A DNA stretch of 63,828 nucleotides, filler included, from Hyphochytrium catenoides (lineage: Eukaryota > Protista > Hyphochytriomycota): NCBI GenBank assembly GCA_900088475.1. It is 6 parts of 6 records of this genome, joined end to end, with 100 filler letters (N's around TTAATTAATTAA, not from the genome) between each part and the next. Parts side by side here need not be neighbours in the genome. Positions count along the whole stretch, not along the records: positions 25,511 to 42,372 come from FLMG01001097.1; 5 more parts are not named here. The stretch is one strand, 5' to 3'. Below the pieces are notes generated by a model. That model made no database searches, was not told the DNA's origin, and was given only the letters and a program-made list of their open reading frames with translations. Positions 25,841 to 38,977 of this stretch are shown in pieces. Every line of letters starts with the position of its first letter. Within the stretch, counting starts at the first letter, position 1. The position numbers and the translations under genes were made by a program.

Positions 25841-26789
25841 TTCCTCACTCTCTCCTGTTTGTCCGCTCTTTCTTTGTCATCATCCAAATCCCGCAAGGAA
25901 TTCCCTTGTCCTACTACTAGGACGGTCTCTGTCTCTTAGACCCTACCTCACTCCTCGGTTTTGCTTATTTACCCATTTCTCCCTTTTCTCCCTTTCCTTT
26001 TGCTAATAATCATCTCTTTCTCTCGCCCTCTCCTTCTTCTCTCTCGCCCTCTTCCCCGCTCCTTTTCTCCTTTCTCTCTCTCTCTCGCGTGCAAGTCTTT
26101 TATTCCAGAGGATGAGAGTCTGACTGGGGATGAATTCATCGCTGCTGTTGCTGTTCTGCACGCTGACCTTCCCCCAGAGACACGCATGGAAGGTCCGGCT
26201 CACTCACTTCTCCCTCCGCGCCCTGTCTCTCCTCCTCCTAAATCTCTCTCCCGAGCTTTCTATCTCTCTCTCTCTCGGCCTGTCCGCGATCGCTTTCTCT
26301 CTCCACTGTTCTTGGCCTCTAACTTTCAGTATATGCCCGATCTCTCTCTTCTATCTCTTTCTCCTCTTCTTCTTCTATCTCTCTCCCTCTCGTTGTCTGA
26401 CTCTTTCGCCTTCCCATTTCGTTCACCTTCTCCTCTTCCGATCTTCTGCAGTTCATCTTCTTCTGCTTTTCTCTTTCTCGTAGAGTCTTCCGCTTCCCCA
26501 AGTGCTTCGCTTTCCTTCATTAGAATAGCGATGTGAGCTATTTGTTCTTCATATTTGTCTCTCCTCTCCCTTCCTCTTCAGCAACTTGTGCTCTCTCCCT
26601 CCCCTCTCTCTCCTTCTCTTTCGCTCTCTCTCTCCTTCTCTTCCGTTCTCTCTCCTTCTCTTCCGTTCTCTCTCCTCCTCTTGCGCTCTCTCTCCTTCTC
26701 TTCCTCTCTCTCTCTCCTCTTCTTCCGCTCTTTATTTTCTCTTCTTACTCTCCCCATCCAAACTATTCTCTCTCTCTCTCTCACACACA

Positions 26790-26827
<38 letters not shown>

Positions 26828-27126
26828 TCCCTCGGCCTGAGCTGCAGTCTTCTTCCGAGCTTACGATTTAGACAGAGACGGCACCGTGGACCCAGATGAC
26901 ATCTTCCAGGTAGTGCGCTTTATAATAGGCAGAACTATGAGCAACGAGCACCTTGCGCACATCTGTGAGAATATCCTTCACGAGTGGCCGGTCGACGGAA
27001 GGATACCGCTCAGGCGATTTGCTAAGGTGAGCAGCGTTGGAGAGAGAGAGACAGAGAGANNNNNNNNNNNNNNNNNNNNNNNNNNNNNNNNNNNNNNNNN
27101 NNNNNNNNNNNNNNNNNNNNAGAGAA

Positions 27127-27159
<33 letters not shown>

Positions 27160-27639
27160 AAGAGAGACCGAGGAAAGAGAGAGACAGACAGACAGCGGGA
27201 GAGAGAGAAAAGAGCGAGAGAGGGAGAGAGGGAGAAGACAAAAAAAGGGAAGACGGGGAAGAGTGAAATACAGAGAAAGAGAGAGAGTGTGAGAAAGAGA
27301 GAGTGTGAGGTAGAGTGAAAGAGAGAGTCATAGTCAGACGGACCGAGAGAGGACTGAAGGGAGGAACCGTGGTGGAAGAGAAAGCGGGAGGAAAGAGAGA
27401 ATTATCTTCTTTTCCCATCACTCTTTCACTCGTATAACCTCTCCCCTTTCCCTAACATCTTCCGAGAGTCGTCCCTAGCTTGCTCCTCCTGCAGCATCAT
27501 AGCGCCTCTCTCTATCTTTTCTCTCTTTTCCTAAACAATCAAAGAAGGCTTCCTAATCTGACACACACTCTCTCTCTCTCCTTCCCAGCTATTCTACAAT
27601 TATGAGATCGACAAGGTCGTCACCTTGAGATTCTCGTAG
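25511..27639 (+). CDS. Calcineurin B / CHP-like EF-hand protein, 5'-truncated by the contig start
   Basis: Exons <25511-25524, 26096-26192, 26848-27026, 27589-27639. Spliced peptide EFIAAVAVLHADLPPETRME|VFFRAYDLDRDGTVDPDDIFQVVRFIIGRTMSNEHLAHICENIL...RRFAK|LFYNYEIDKVVTLRFS* follows the CnB pattern ([31 protein letters not shown]) and has a CHP-like C-terminus. Confidence 0.85.
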
Positions 27640-28198
27640 AAGAAAAGTTGAGGGAACGCCAAGCCATCGAGAGAAAGCTCTGTGAGCCACAAGACAAGTC
27701 ACACTTTCCTCTCTCTCCTCTCCTTTCTATCTTCACGATATGTGTCTTTCTTCTCCTGTCCCCGAAGAATATCATGAGCCTCTATAGCAGCAGTGCCTAT
27801 CTTGCTGAAGCTTCTTTCCTGTCTCTCTCTCTCTCTCTCTTGTCTCCGCACTTAGCCGTATTCTTGTTTCTTGTGACGCAGCTCCTCTTTTTCTCTCTCT
27901 CTCACTTCTCAATCTTTCATAGCAAGCCACCCTGCAGAGCGGGGAAAAAGACCGAAGCTCGACGTCTCTCTAGGTGTGCCAGCACTAGTGGGAGACTGCC
28001 GGGAATGGAAAGAGAGAGAGAGAGAGAATCAAAGAGAGAAGCAAAGCTGTGCAATACCATCATTAGAAGTTCAGGCACTTCCAGGCCATCTCAATCGTTT
28101 ATACAGCTTTATACATGCTGCGCTTAGGATCACTACCTCCCCTCACTTGCCATATGTACAGTTAGGCTCAGAAGAGAGAGAGAAGCCCACAAAGAGAA

Positions 28199-28230
<32 letters not shown>

Positions 28231-28246
28231 GCCTAGCCCTCGACAG

Positions 28247-29725
28247 CTACTCCTGAGGAGGATACAGAGCCGAAGAAAATGCATTTCCCTGTCTTGCCTC
28301 AGCCATGAAAGAGATAAATTGTCTCCCTCCTTCGAATGTCATAAGAGCTATATCCTTCACAATGAACGCGCTCTCTTTCACGCCATCCCAAGACGCCCGA
28401 AGTAGTCCTTTCTCTCTTACTCTCTCTCTCAAGAGAGTATTCAGTGACTTCACGCGCCGTAGCAGAAGGCGGTAGGAGAACCTCAAGCTAATCTATGGGA
28501 GAAGCAAGAGTTAGAGGAGAGAGCTTGATAGTTGAACAAAAGAGAGAAAGAAGAGGAGATGTGACGAGGAAGAGAGAGAAGAAGTGGAAGACTATCGGCT
28601 CAGGGTCAAGTGATTTCCATAGAGAAGCACCATCTGGAGCCAGAGAGACACGCCAAAGGGCAAGCGACGGCCAAGGAGAAGAAGAGAGAGTGCATATACA
28701 GGCAGAGAAGAGAGAGATGGGTACCCTGGTCAAGAAGAAAGAGAGCTTCGCCGCCTTCAACAAGTCTGCCACAGCGGCCCAAGCTACGGAGACGAAGTCT
28801 GGAGCAAGCTTCTCAGCAAGCACTGCCACGGCCACCAGACTAGACGCTGGGATCTGGGTGTGAGGTGCGACGTGAGATACAAATAATTGTGAGAGGAAGA
28901 GAGAAAGAGAGAGAAAAAGAGAGAGGGTGTGTACCATCTTGTCATCACCTTAGCAGTAGAAGATATAAAGCTCTGCTAATAAAGAAAGGAGTCACGGGAA
29001 AGAAGACGCCGAGAGAGAGCAAGAAGGATGCCTTGAAAGTCTACTGCCCAGCCATGCATGTATGAAAATCCCAGACAAAGCAGAGAAAGGCCGTTGAAAG
29101 GCAGAGAGAAAGCCATGGGATCTGCCCAGAGGAGAAAGGTCAAGACAACAGAAGAAGAAGCATTGTCTCCGCACCAGCAGCCAGACAAAGGGAAGGCCCA
29201 GCGTGCCGAGGAAGACAGCCCAGCCGGGATTTTGCTTGATCAGGAGAGTCAGAGACGAGAGCTCTCTCGACAGCTCTCTCTGTACCACTCCAGGCTCTGG
29301 AACCAGTCTCGGCTGAGAGTCTCTTCTCTTTCCCTGTCCTGGCGTCTGCTCTACCCTTCGGGTTCCGTTTTGAGTTCTCTTTCTTCTTCTCCCCTGTCTC
29401 TCCCCATCACCGTCCTCTTCTTCCACTATCTCCTCTATTTGGATGCGTGCAGAGCGCGATGAAGCGGAAGTTCGAGGGCGATCGTCACCTAGCAGCGTGT
29501 CTGATACAACCTTTGCAGCCTGAAGAGATCAATCTTAGAGACCAGGAAAGGATGAGAAAGAGGCACAGACATACAAACAAGAAAATAAGAGGCAGTGGCG
29601 GCGAGACAAGAGAGAAAGACAGTGCAATACATTAACGAGAAGCAACACACACAGAGAGAGAGAGAGAGGAGAGAAAGAGAGAGAGAGANNNNNNNNNNNN
29701 NNNNNNNNNNNNNNNNNNNNNNNNN

Positions 29726-29756
<31 letters not shown>

Positions 29757-30817
29757 AAAGAGAAGAGCCACTTCAATTAAAGGACTGAGAGAGAGGAACT
29801 GCGATGGACCTTGCAAAGCACTTGAGCTGCTGCGGTCGACAGCTCGCTGGCCAGCTCAATTTCCTCGCGCGTCACTTCTGCCAAAGCAGCTTGGGTCTCT
29901 ATGACTACTTGCTATGGAGCAAGAGAGAGAGAGAGAGAAAGAAAGCGAGAGGAAACTGAGAAATATAGGCAGAGAGAGTGAGCGAGAGAGAGGACAAACA
30001 AGAGGCAAAGCATCACCCACCACAGACAAAGGCAATAGTAGCGCATGAAGAATAGCCCCTCTCTTCGCCTCTTTCTCCTTTCTTCGCTCTCTAATCACTT
30101 TTTTCATCACATTCTGTTCACGCCATAGGTCGCTCTCTCTCTCTCTCTGAGTTTCTCGCTGTCTCTCCCTGTGTCTCTCTCTCTCTCTCTTTCTATCTTC
30201 AGCTTACCTGCGCAAAACTAAGAAACTTGGTCACATCCTCCTCACGCACATCCTTCATCTGCGCTAGCAGCTCGTCTCCCTGAGGCTGAATAACAAGCTC
30301 GGCACTGGCAGACGAGGTCTGAAGGGAGAGAGAGGAGGACGACGAAGAAGAGAGATCTTCCAATTGTGGCCTCGCCTGCTGGAGCCATTCCTCGTGGCGC
30401 TGCCCTGTAAGGACAACAATGCCAAGAAAGAGAGCGAGAGAACGCGAGAAAGAGAAGGGAAAAGCGAGGGAGAGAGAGAGTAAGAGAGAGAAGTAAGGGC
30501 AATAAATTAATGTTGGAACAAGTAAGGAGCAAGAAAGAAGATAATGGAGCGACTAGACACAGACGGAAAAGAACATGAAGAGAGAGAGAGAGAGAGAGAG
30601 AGAAAGAAAGAGGGAGAACGAAGACGGCCAACTCCCAAACAGTTTGGAGGGTTGAGATGGACGGAAGAAAAATAGTGATTTGAACAGAATGGTACGAACA
30701 GGCAGAAGGAGAGAGGAGGAGATCGAAGACGGGGAGACAGAAGGGAGAAAAAAGGAGCGAGAGAGAGAGAGAGGGAGAGAGCGAAAACGAGGAAAAAGAA
30801 AGAGAGGAAGGGAGAGG

Positions 30818-30856
<39 letters not shown>

Positions 30857-31667
30857 CTAGACTAGCGCCCGCAGCACCGAACAAACGATATAAAAAAGCA
30901 AAGCCCTAGTAGAGAGAGGCAAGCCTTGGAGGCGTGTGACGGCCCTACCGACGCGCTTCGCACTAGCGGTAAGTCTCTTTATCTCTTCTCCATCTTCTTG
31001 CGTCTTCTCCAGCTTCTGGGAGAGAGAAGAGAGAGAGCCCTGGACTCTCTCCAGAGCGTCTTCCATTGCATCTGCGAGCTCTCTCTGATCTATGGACTCC
31101 AGCAGCTCCTCTGCCTGGATCAGGAGAGAGGAGATGCCTTGGTGCATCGCTTGTCGCATCTGCCGCACTGAGAGAGGGGAGAAGGAGAGGTAAGTGATTA
31201 GGAGGAAAGGAGCTCAGAAGAGAGAAAGGGCAATGAAGAGGGAGAGACAGGGGAAAGAGAAGAAGAGACAACGGAATGAGAGAAAGAAGAGAGAGAGAGA
31301 GCGAATGGAGAGAGAGAAAAAGAGGAGAGACGAGAGAGATATGGACTCACGAGCTGGAGAAGAGATGACAACAAAAGACAGAATAATGCTCCGAGAAAGA
31401 CTTCACCTACTAAAGAAGAGAGAAGAGAGAAGAGAGAAGAGAGAAGAGAGAGAGAGAGAGAGACAGAGAGAAGAGAGAGAGAGACGGCCACGTACTTTCT
31501 TCTCTATCTATCTCGGAAAGGACCTGTGCCTCATTGCTCGTCGGATACATGGGGGAAGAGGAAGAGGAAGCGGGAGACAGAGCTGCGCTGTTTCCCTCAT
31601 AGAGATGGCCCATCATTGCCCTCAGCGCCTCCTCCTCCACTCCAGCAGCCAAGTTCAGAGCCGACAT
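28247..31667 (-). CDS. Hypothetical protein (~481 aa): helical/coiled-coil N-terminus and hydrophobic, probably transmembrane, C-terminal region
   Basis: Phase-consistent exons 31667-31496, 31167-30949, 30404-30208, 29911-29810, 29519-29175, 29031-28996 (tentative), 28853-28725, 28492-28247. Hydrophobic stretch GWAVFLGTLGLPFVWLL|ASFLLSLGVFFP|IPASSLVAVAVL. Confidence 0.72.
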
Positions 31668-31718
31668 CTCTGCGGTGGGTTCGAGTCAGTCTGTGTATGA
31701 AAGAGAGAGAGAGAATGG

Positions 31719-31766
<48 letters not shown>

Positions 31767-32599
31767 AGAGAGAGAGAGAGAGAGGCTTACGCTCTTAGAA
31801 GGTAATAGCTCTTGACTCTTTCACGCTTAGTCTTTCTCTATCAAAGTTCTCTTGGGTAAGTCACTTGGCTTGGCTCAGCGATGGCTCAGCCCTTCGTTCT
31901 CTTTTGAGGAGCGAGCGCTGTGCTTTCTCCTCTTTCACTTTCCTTCTCTGCTGGCTGACAGCTCTCTCGCAGTCTCTCTTTCGGAGAGCAAGAGAGAGAA
32001 AGAGAGAGGGACAAAAAGAGAGAGAGGTCTGTCTGTTGCTGCTGATCTTGTCTTCCGTCTTCCGCCTCTGCGCCGGGAGAGAGAGGCTGAGGACTGCAGG
32101 GAAGCAAGTCAATGAGGGAGAGAGAACCGCAGCAGCGGACCACGAGGCAGCCAGCAGCTGCAGAAGGACGTAGGCAGAGCACGATTGTGGAGAAAGAGTG
32201 AGAACAAGACAGCAGAGGAATAGTTGCTAGGAGGGGAGAGAGAAAGAGAGAGAGAGAAGAAAGAAAAAAGAGGACAAGCAGGGGAACAGAGAGAGAGAGA
32301 GAGATGGAGAGACAGAGACAGAGACAGAGAGGGAAATACAGAGACAGAAAGAGAGAGAGGGAGAGAGAGAGAGAACACGAGACCGAGAGAGAGATAGTCA
32401 GAGAGATAAAAGAAGTCACAGACCGATAGAGAAACAGAGAGAGAGAGAGACAGAGAGAGAGACAGAGGTGGAGTAAAGAAGATAGTAACCTCTCTTCTTT
32501 GTAGAAAGTGCAGAACCCAATACAGAGTCAATCTAGATAGACGCAGTGGTGAGACAGAGATCCTCCTATAGCTTGTATTTTACTTTATAAAGCTCTGTA

Positions 32600-34800
32600 A
32601 GAGATGTCTAGCTCGACGAGTCAGAGGACTGCGAGATGTAGAAACCCCAGCACGCTAGCCTCGTTCTGAAAAGACAACGTGACTCGTCTCTCATACTCTC
32701 AGAACTTAGGACCTCGAGGGCCTGGGAGAAAGAGGTAGCGCGGGCTCGGAGCTCCGTCCGTAGCTGGACAGAGACCGAGGAACAGAGAAGCTCTTCCGAG
32801 CCTGGCAGAGAACCACGAGGCGTGTCAGCTAAGAAAGGTTTCTGGAGACTGATGCCACGCGCCAGGGTCATTCAAGAACGTCTCCGTTCTGGCGCCAAGA
32901 GCTAGGGAGTTCCCGTGGCTCTCGACAACAGAGGCGGCGTTCCTTCTATTGGAGCTCCTCGCCTGTGGAGATCCGAGAGAATGCACTCCCTGCCTATCAA
33001 AACAGGTTGACCAGCATGCGAACGTCAGGCTGGAGCGCGACTTCTTCTCAGTCTAAGGCTACTATCTCAAGCTTCTAGAGGGCCTGAGGCAGGACTATTA
33101 AGCCAATGTTGAGAGAGGAAATTCCCGCCTCTCGTAACCAAGCTCACGTGTCTGGCGAAGGCGTGCTCATGAGCGATACTTCAGCTTTAGTCTTAGGCGC
33201 CCGTCTTCTAGGCCTCCTTTCTGCAAGGCTATTGTGGGCTCCTCAGCGAGCTATGCCTTCTCTTGTTTATCTCAACCCAGCAGACCGGCCATGTCGCTGC
33301 CTCTTTGCGCCATGATAGACCATGGGCATGGGGCAATAATGTGCGGAACTCTTGTCAGAAGAGAGCCCGTGACAGACATGACAGCCCCTGACTTTAGATG
33401 GCGAGAGAGGCGGTGACGTCAATGGAATCATCATTCTATTAGTCTCTAGTGGACAAGTGGCTGCCCGGCTCAAGCTCCTTGACTACCTGGCGCTTTGACA
33501 GGTGCCGCACCACTGGCTCTGGCCAAAGGTCTCGCGCTACACGATCTAAGGGACAAGCCATCCCCTAGGCACCGCAAGACCTGGTAGTCAAAGGCTGATA
33601 GCTGAGCCACTAGCAAGAAAATTGATTATGGCCCAGTTGGAGCGTGGCAACAGCGCCCCGTCTGCCCTGAGGCCAGCAGCGTGGCATCCTGCAGGCACGA
33701 GGACGAGGCTAACTGGACCGCTATATGAAGCTTAACGTTATGAAAGAGAGAGACATTCTTTCGAGTCATGCTGAGGTGTATGGAGGAGAATGGAGGTTAT
33801 TGTTGGCTACGATTGCCTTGAGAATGTGAAAGGAATGTCCCTCGGCCCAACTGCAAGAAGACCTAGCGCCAATGCCGTCATGATGAGACTCTGAACTTGG
33901 TTAAAAAGAGGCTGTCAGATGCACAGAGCATTGTCAATCTTCAACTACTGGCGGCATGAGGGCAAGGCCAGCTAACCATAGTCGTCATTCTACCTTGAAA
34001 ACGCATCTTTCTCTCTCTAGCTAGGGAGCTGACCAATATTGCATCAAGCATCGAGGAGCCAGGCCGAGGGCGACATCCTCGTACCATTGGACCACACAGC
34101 TAAGCAAGCACCAGCAGCAGGCTGAGCCAACGTATTGACTAGGAGCGGCGGCTCTCTTCAAGGAAGCTTCAAGGACATTCTCATTAGCCTGGTGCGCCTG
34201 GCTTTGTCTCAATCTTCATCTCTCCTTTCTATGAGTGCAAAGCAGCAGACGCACCATCCTCGTTACGTCGTTATTGCCAGCAGGATCTTCATCTGGTGGT
34301 GCTGATAACATCGTCAGTGCTTAAGATGCGGGCTCCTTCCTGTTGACTCTATAATGAAGAAGGCGCCTGTTATGATGATAAGAAGGGCAGGACAGGTGAC
34401 GTGGAGCGCTGTGCAAGCACACCTCGCGCTTTCTGCTCTGCACCAGGGCCAGGAGGACAAGTCTCTCTGGCTGCTCTCCTGCCGCCTTTGAGTCAGTGTC
34501 GTAGGGTAGAAGCGCAGCCAGTGCCTATACTAATAATCTTCTCTCTAGGAAGCTCTGGGAAGGTTCAAACTATCCTCATCCTTCTTCATACTGCTGACCA
34601 GGCGGGCCCCGTGGACGGTAGTGAGCAACATTCCTTGAGGCAGAAGAGAGAGACTAGCGCCGTCAACCTTGTTCGCGCCAGGTGCATGAGCAACTGCTGG
34701 GTCTTTGGTCTACATCTCTCATCGGCCTGGTGCGGCAGTGGGAGAGCAGATCTGACAAAGGCCAAAAAGTGAAGAGAGAGGGTAAGAGAGACAGACAAGC
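32600..34800 (+). pseudogene. Decayed coding-like sequence (possible transposon or gene remnant)
   Basis: Microsatellite-free block with a protein-like frame interrupted by TAA: 32901 AREFPWLSTTEAAFLLLELLACGDPREC...RDFFSV*GYYLKLLEGLRQDY*ANV. No family recognised. Confidence 0.3.
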
Positions 34801-35104
34801 TGCATCATAGTTGCTCTTGGTTGCACCTAAGCCCAACCCCAAGCTGGCGAGCTGGGCGGGTGCAGGTGAAGGGAGGACAGGGATGAGAAGCAAGAAAGCA
34901 CGGAGGGAAGAATGCAGAGCAGCAAACAGAGGGGCTGAAGTGGGGGTGATCTCTGGGACAACTGCAGAGCAAGAGAGAGAGGAAGAGCGGAGCGACGGAG
35001 GAGAGAGAGATATGGATGGAAGGCAGACAGGACAAATGACAGGAAGAGAGGAAGATGGGGAAAACAGAGAGGGAGGAAGTTCGAAGGGAGAGAAGTGATC
35101 AATA

Positions 35105-35148
<44 letters not shown>

Positions 35149-35618
35149 AGAACCTTTTCGAACATCAGCGGCGCTTGGCTTGTGTTGGTGTTATCACAGA
35201 GAGTAGGACATTAGGGCCTGATTCCTTAATATTCCTAATAAGCAGCCACATTATTCGCTTTATAGTTCATTAAGGGGTTTAATATCAAGGATCGGGGGGC
35301 TTTGGGTCTAACTTCGTTGAAGCTTTCGACCAAGAGGCTGTTTCCTTGCTCGTCACTCCTACAGGTGGGGGACAGGAGGACAGAGAGAGAGAGAGAGNNN
35401 NNNNNNNNNNNNNNNNNNNNNNNNNNNNNNNNNNNNNNNNNNNNNNNNNNNNNNNNNNNNNNGAGAGAGAGAGAGATGTTGAGAGAGAAGCAAGAGAGAG
35501 AGAGAGTGCAGCCGAAGAGAGAGTGCAAAGAAACAGAGTGGGGGGATGGATTTGTCCGCCTTATTACAGAACGGTAGTTGCCTACATAGCAATGATGAAG
35601 GGAGAGAGAAGAGAGAGC

Positions 35619-35668
<50 letters not shown>

Positions 35669-36185
35669 AGAGGAAGACATTCATCCACGTTCACCTCTCT
35701 CTCTTGGTTCGGCTGGGTTGATGTCGTCTGGCACTGGCTTGCTCTCAGCATTCCCCCACGTTTGAAGTCACTGCTTGTCTCTTCTTTCTCCGCCTCTGTT
35801 CCTGCCGCCACCGGCCCTTTGCCTCTTTCTCTTTCTCTCCCTCTCGCCTCACCTATTATAAACACACTGTCGGCGGTCTCTCAACGCCCCCAGTTCCTTC
35901 ATTTCTCGGCGTGTGCGGGTTCTCTCTCCTGCTCGCTAACAAGTTTTGATTATTGAGAGCTTAGAGAAGAGACAGCGATGGGTGGATTGGAAAGCAGCCT
36001 TCTACGAGTCCTTTCCGCTTAGCAGGGAAGAGAGCCAAATTGATATAACCGGGAAAGGAGGAGAAGGGAGAAGAGCATAGTCAAAAGAGAAAGAGAGCGA
36101 GAGAGAGAGAAAGAGAGAGAGAGAGAGAAAGGACGAGGAGAGCCCTCTCCAGTACGACTTTACTCTTTGCAAATTTCTGGAAAGA

Positions 36186-38977
36186 ATGAGTTTCCAAAGC
36201 CCAGGACCCAGTCCGTTGAGCGTAAAGGCAGAAACGGGAGAGAGAAATGCAGAGGAGAGAGAGAGCTCTGCAATGTTGGCTGGTCTTGGAGCTGCTATGC
36301 CACTCTCTCTCTCTTCTTCTCTTCCGCCGCAAACCTCTCATCCTTCCCATGACAGCTCAAACCTTCTCGACACTCTTTCCTTTCCTCCTCCTCCCCCTTC
36401 TTCTTTCCCTCTCTCCATTGCTGGCTTCACCGGCAACCTTCTGCCTCCCACTTCTTCTCTCTCTCTCTCTTCTCCTTCTCCCGCCTCTCTCTCCTCTTAT
36501 CCGTCCCTTCCCCAGCCTAACAACCTAGGAATATTGGGGGAGAATGTCTCTAGCGGCAGTGGGAGCTTCTCTTTTGACATGGCGATGAGTCTGTATGACT
36601 CTGCTTTCTATGAAGATCCTCAGAGCCAGACCTTTATCCTCCCAGAGGCACAAGTGATGACCTGGGAAGACCTGGTGGAGATGATAGACACGCCTGTCTC
36701 TCTCCTGATGGGAGAAGAGGAGAGAGAGAGGGAGAGAGAGAGAGAGCAGGGAACAGAAGAAGGCTTGGGCTGTAGCAGCCCCGGGACAGAGTCAGGAGAG
36801 TCGACAGAGCTAGGTGAGGGAGGACAGGGAGAGATGCAGGATGGACCCTCTCCTCCGCCTCCCTCTCTCAACAGTTCAGGCTCTTCTCTCTCTCTTCCAC
36901 TTTCTTCTTCTCTCTCTGCTTCTTCTGTCGCCATGCAGAGCTCCACGATAATCCCAGGGATAAACAGAGTCGGGCTGAACCAGCTTCCGGCTTTGCCTCC
37001 CATTGTCATAGGCTTACCGTCTTCTTCCGGAGAGAGAGGAAGTACGACTCTCTCTCCCTCTACACCTCCAATCATCAAGAAAGAAGGAAGTCTGCTTCTC
37101 GATGACCCGCTCTGCAGAGAGCAGCAGGCAAATCGAGAGAGAGAGAAAGAAGGAGAGACACCTTCTGTGCGAGGCAGTGCCGTCAGCCCTGCTGGAGCTC
37201 GGAGTGATGCAGCGTGGAGAAAGCAGATCCGACAGGAACAGAAGAAAGAGGCAGCAAGGAGGATGCGTTATCGGAGGAAGAAAGAGTATGAAGAGCTCAA
37301 GTCTCTTCTGAACCAGACAGAGGAGATCAATTTTTCTGCCCTCCAGGGAGAGATAGCCAAGTTGGATGACAGGAAGATGCAGCTGCGGAACTACATCAAT
37401 GGCCTGATCAGTATCGCGCAGACGGCAGGGAAGAACCTTCCTATCCCGCCTGACTATAGCACGGAGCCAGAGGTTGTCCGAGTGCAGGTGGGCGTCCTCT
37501 GCTTTAACGCTTTCTCTCTCTGCGATGGCTCTCAGTACCTTCTCCCTGCGCTAGGACGATGGATTGGGCTCATCTTCTTCAATTGCCATAGATCTTCCTC
37601 TCGTTTGCACGTAGGCTTGACAACTCACGGTCTCTCTCTCGCTTCCCGTTGTGTTCTTCTCATCTATGGCAGATCTCCGACGCAGAGCTTGCTGCGCTGC
37701 GCAGCCTTAGTGTCTCTCCTGACCTCTACTTGGACCTCTACAATCTAGCTGTGAGGACAATCTTAGGCTTGGACAGCTTTATGGAGCTGCTGAAGAGCCG
37801 AAAGAGCGTGTTCTCTCAGAAGAAGTTCTTCCGCTGCACGACGGTTCCTATGACAGTGAGCAGCGAGATGGGCTTCGATGCCGCAGGAGTGAGGCATGAC
37901 ATCATTCAGTTCAACTTGCAGAACCTAACTTATGACTATGTCTTGGCCAGGTAGGAGAAACAAATTTGCTGCTGCTCTGTTCGCGATGTTCAAACTAGCA
38001 CTTGACGTGAGCCTTATCAGCAGGCTCAGTGTGCTCTGGATTCATTTGATTGTCCTTCATCTTCATCACTCTGTCCTCATGAGTTGCAGCTGTGAGAGCA
38101 TGCAGAAGTCATCGCTTCTTTCCTTCTCCCCCCACAATTTTGCCGTTCTCTGTCTCCCTCCTTCCTCTCTTCTCTCTCTCTGTCTTCGTTGGCTTCGTCT
38201 CATTGTGTTTCTCTCCCTCTCTCTCTGCCTTGTTTTCTCTCTCTGTGGTTCCCCCTCACTCCCAGTGTCTCTCACACTCTCTCTCTGTGCCTCTCTCTTG
38301 CTCTGTCTCTCTGTTATTTATTTTCTTGATATCGCGGCTCGGTACTCAATGATCTCCTCTTTCGTCTTTAATTGAAATCTAGTTACCATGCCTATCAAGA
38401 TGCGGAGGTCATACAAGGGAGCAACATCTATCGTGTGCTCTGCCAAAAGTTTGACGACAATCTCCGCCTTCAGTACGCGCGGTACATTCTCTCCAACCAA
38501 AGCAAAGTCGCGGGACACTTTGTTCTCTCAGCCTCGCACAAGTACTCAGAAGAGAAGCATGTCTTCGTCCATGCTCCTGTCAATTTTCCGGAGCTTCCGC
38601 TTCTCTGGCCCGACGTATGGAGCCCTACGCTTAGAGGAGATGTGCTGGAGAAGACAGAGAAAGGCGCCACACTGACAATGTACCAACTTCATAGAAGAGA
38701 CTTTGCCTCTCCCTCAGATCTTGAAGATTTGCTGAAGGAGCTTCGCAGTGAAGGCGACAAGTATCAGAACATTGACCTAGTAGGCATTATCCATAGAGTG
38801 GCGGCCCTTTACGGGAGAAAGACAGAGGTGCTGGTGGACACCGCTAAGAGTTCTCTCTTTCCCAATGGAGTTGGAGAGGGAGGAAGTACGGACGAAAAAG
38901 TAGGGGCAAATACGGCGGGCCAAGAGGATAGTGGAGACTTGGGCGGACTGCCTTACACCTTCCACGTGGGCATTTGA
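36186..38977 (+). CDS. bZIP transcription factor (~724 aa) with a C-terminal START/SRPBCC-like domain
   Basis: Exons 36186-37487, 37673-37950, 38383-38977 (phases consistent). Basic region RQEQKKEAARRMRYRRKKEYEELK followed by a zipper (LQGEIAKLDDRKMQLRNYINGL). The C-terminal alpha/beta region (YRVLCQKFDDNLRLQYARY...HVFVHAPV...GDVLEKTEKGATLTMY) resembles START-like folds. Confidence 0.8.

Noticed and set aside
32900-33140. Alternative genetic code (TAA/TAG = Gln)
   Set aside because: Intact genes end in TAA (GPCR, MYND), TAG (CnB-like, anoctamin) and TGA (FUN14, bZIP), and long exons contain no internal TAR; these stops are better explained by decay
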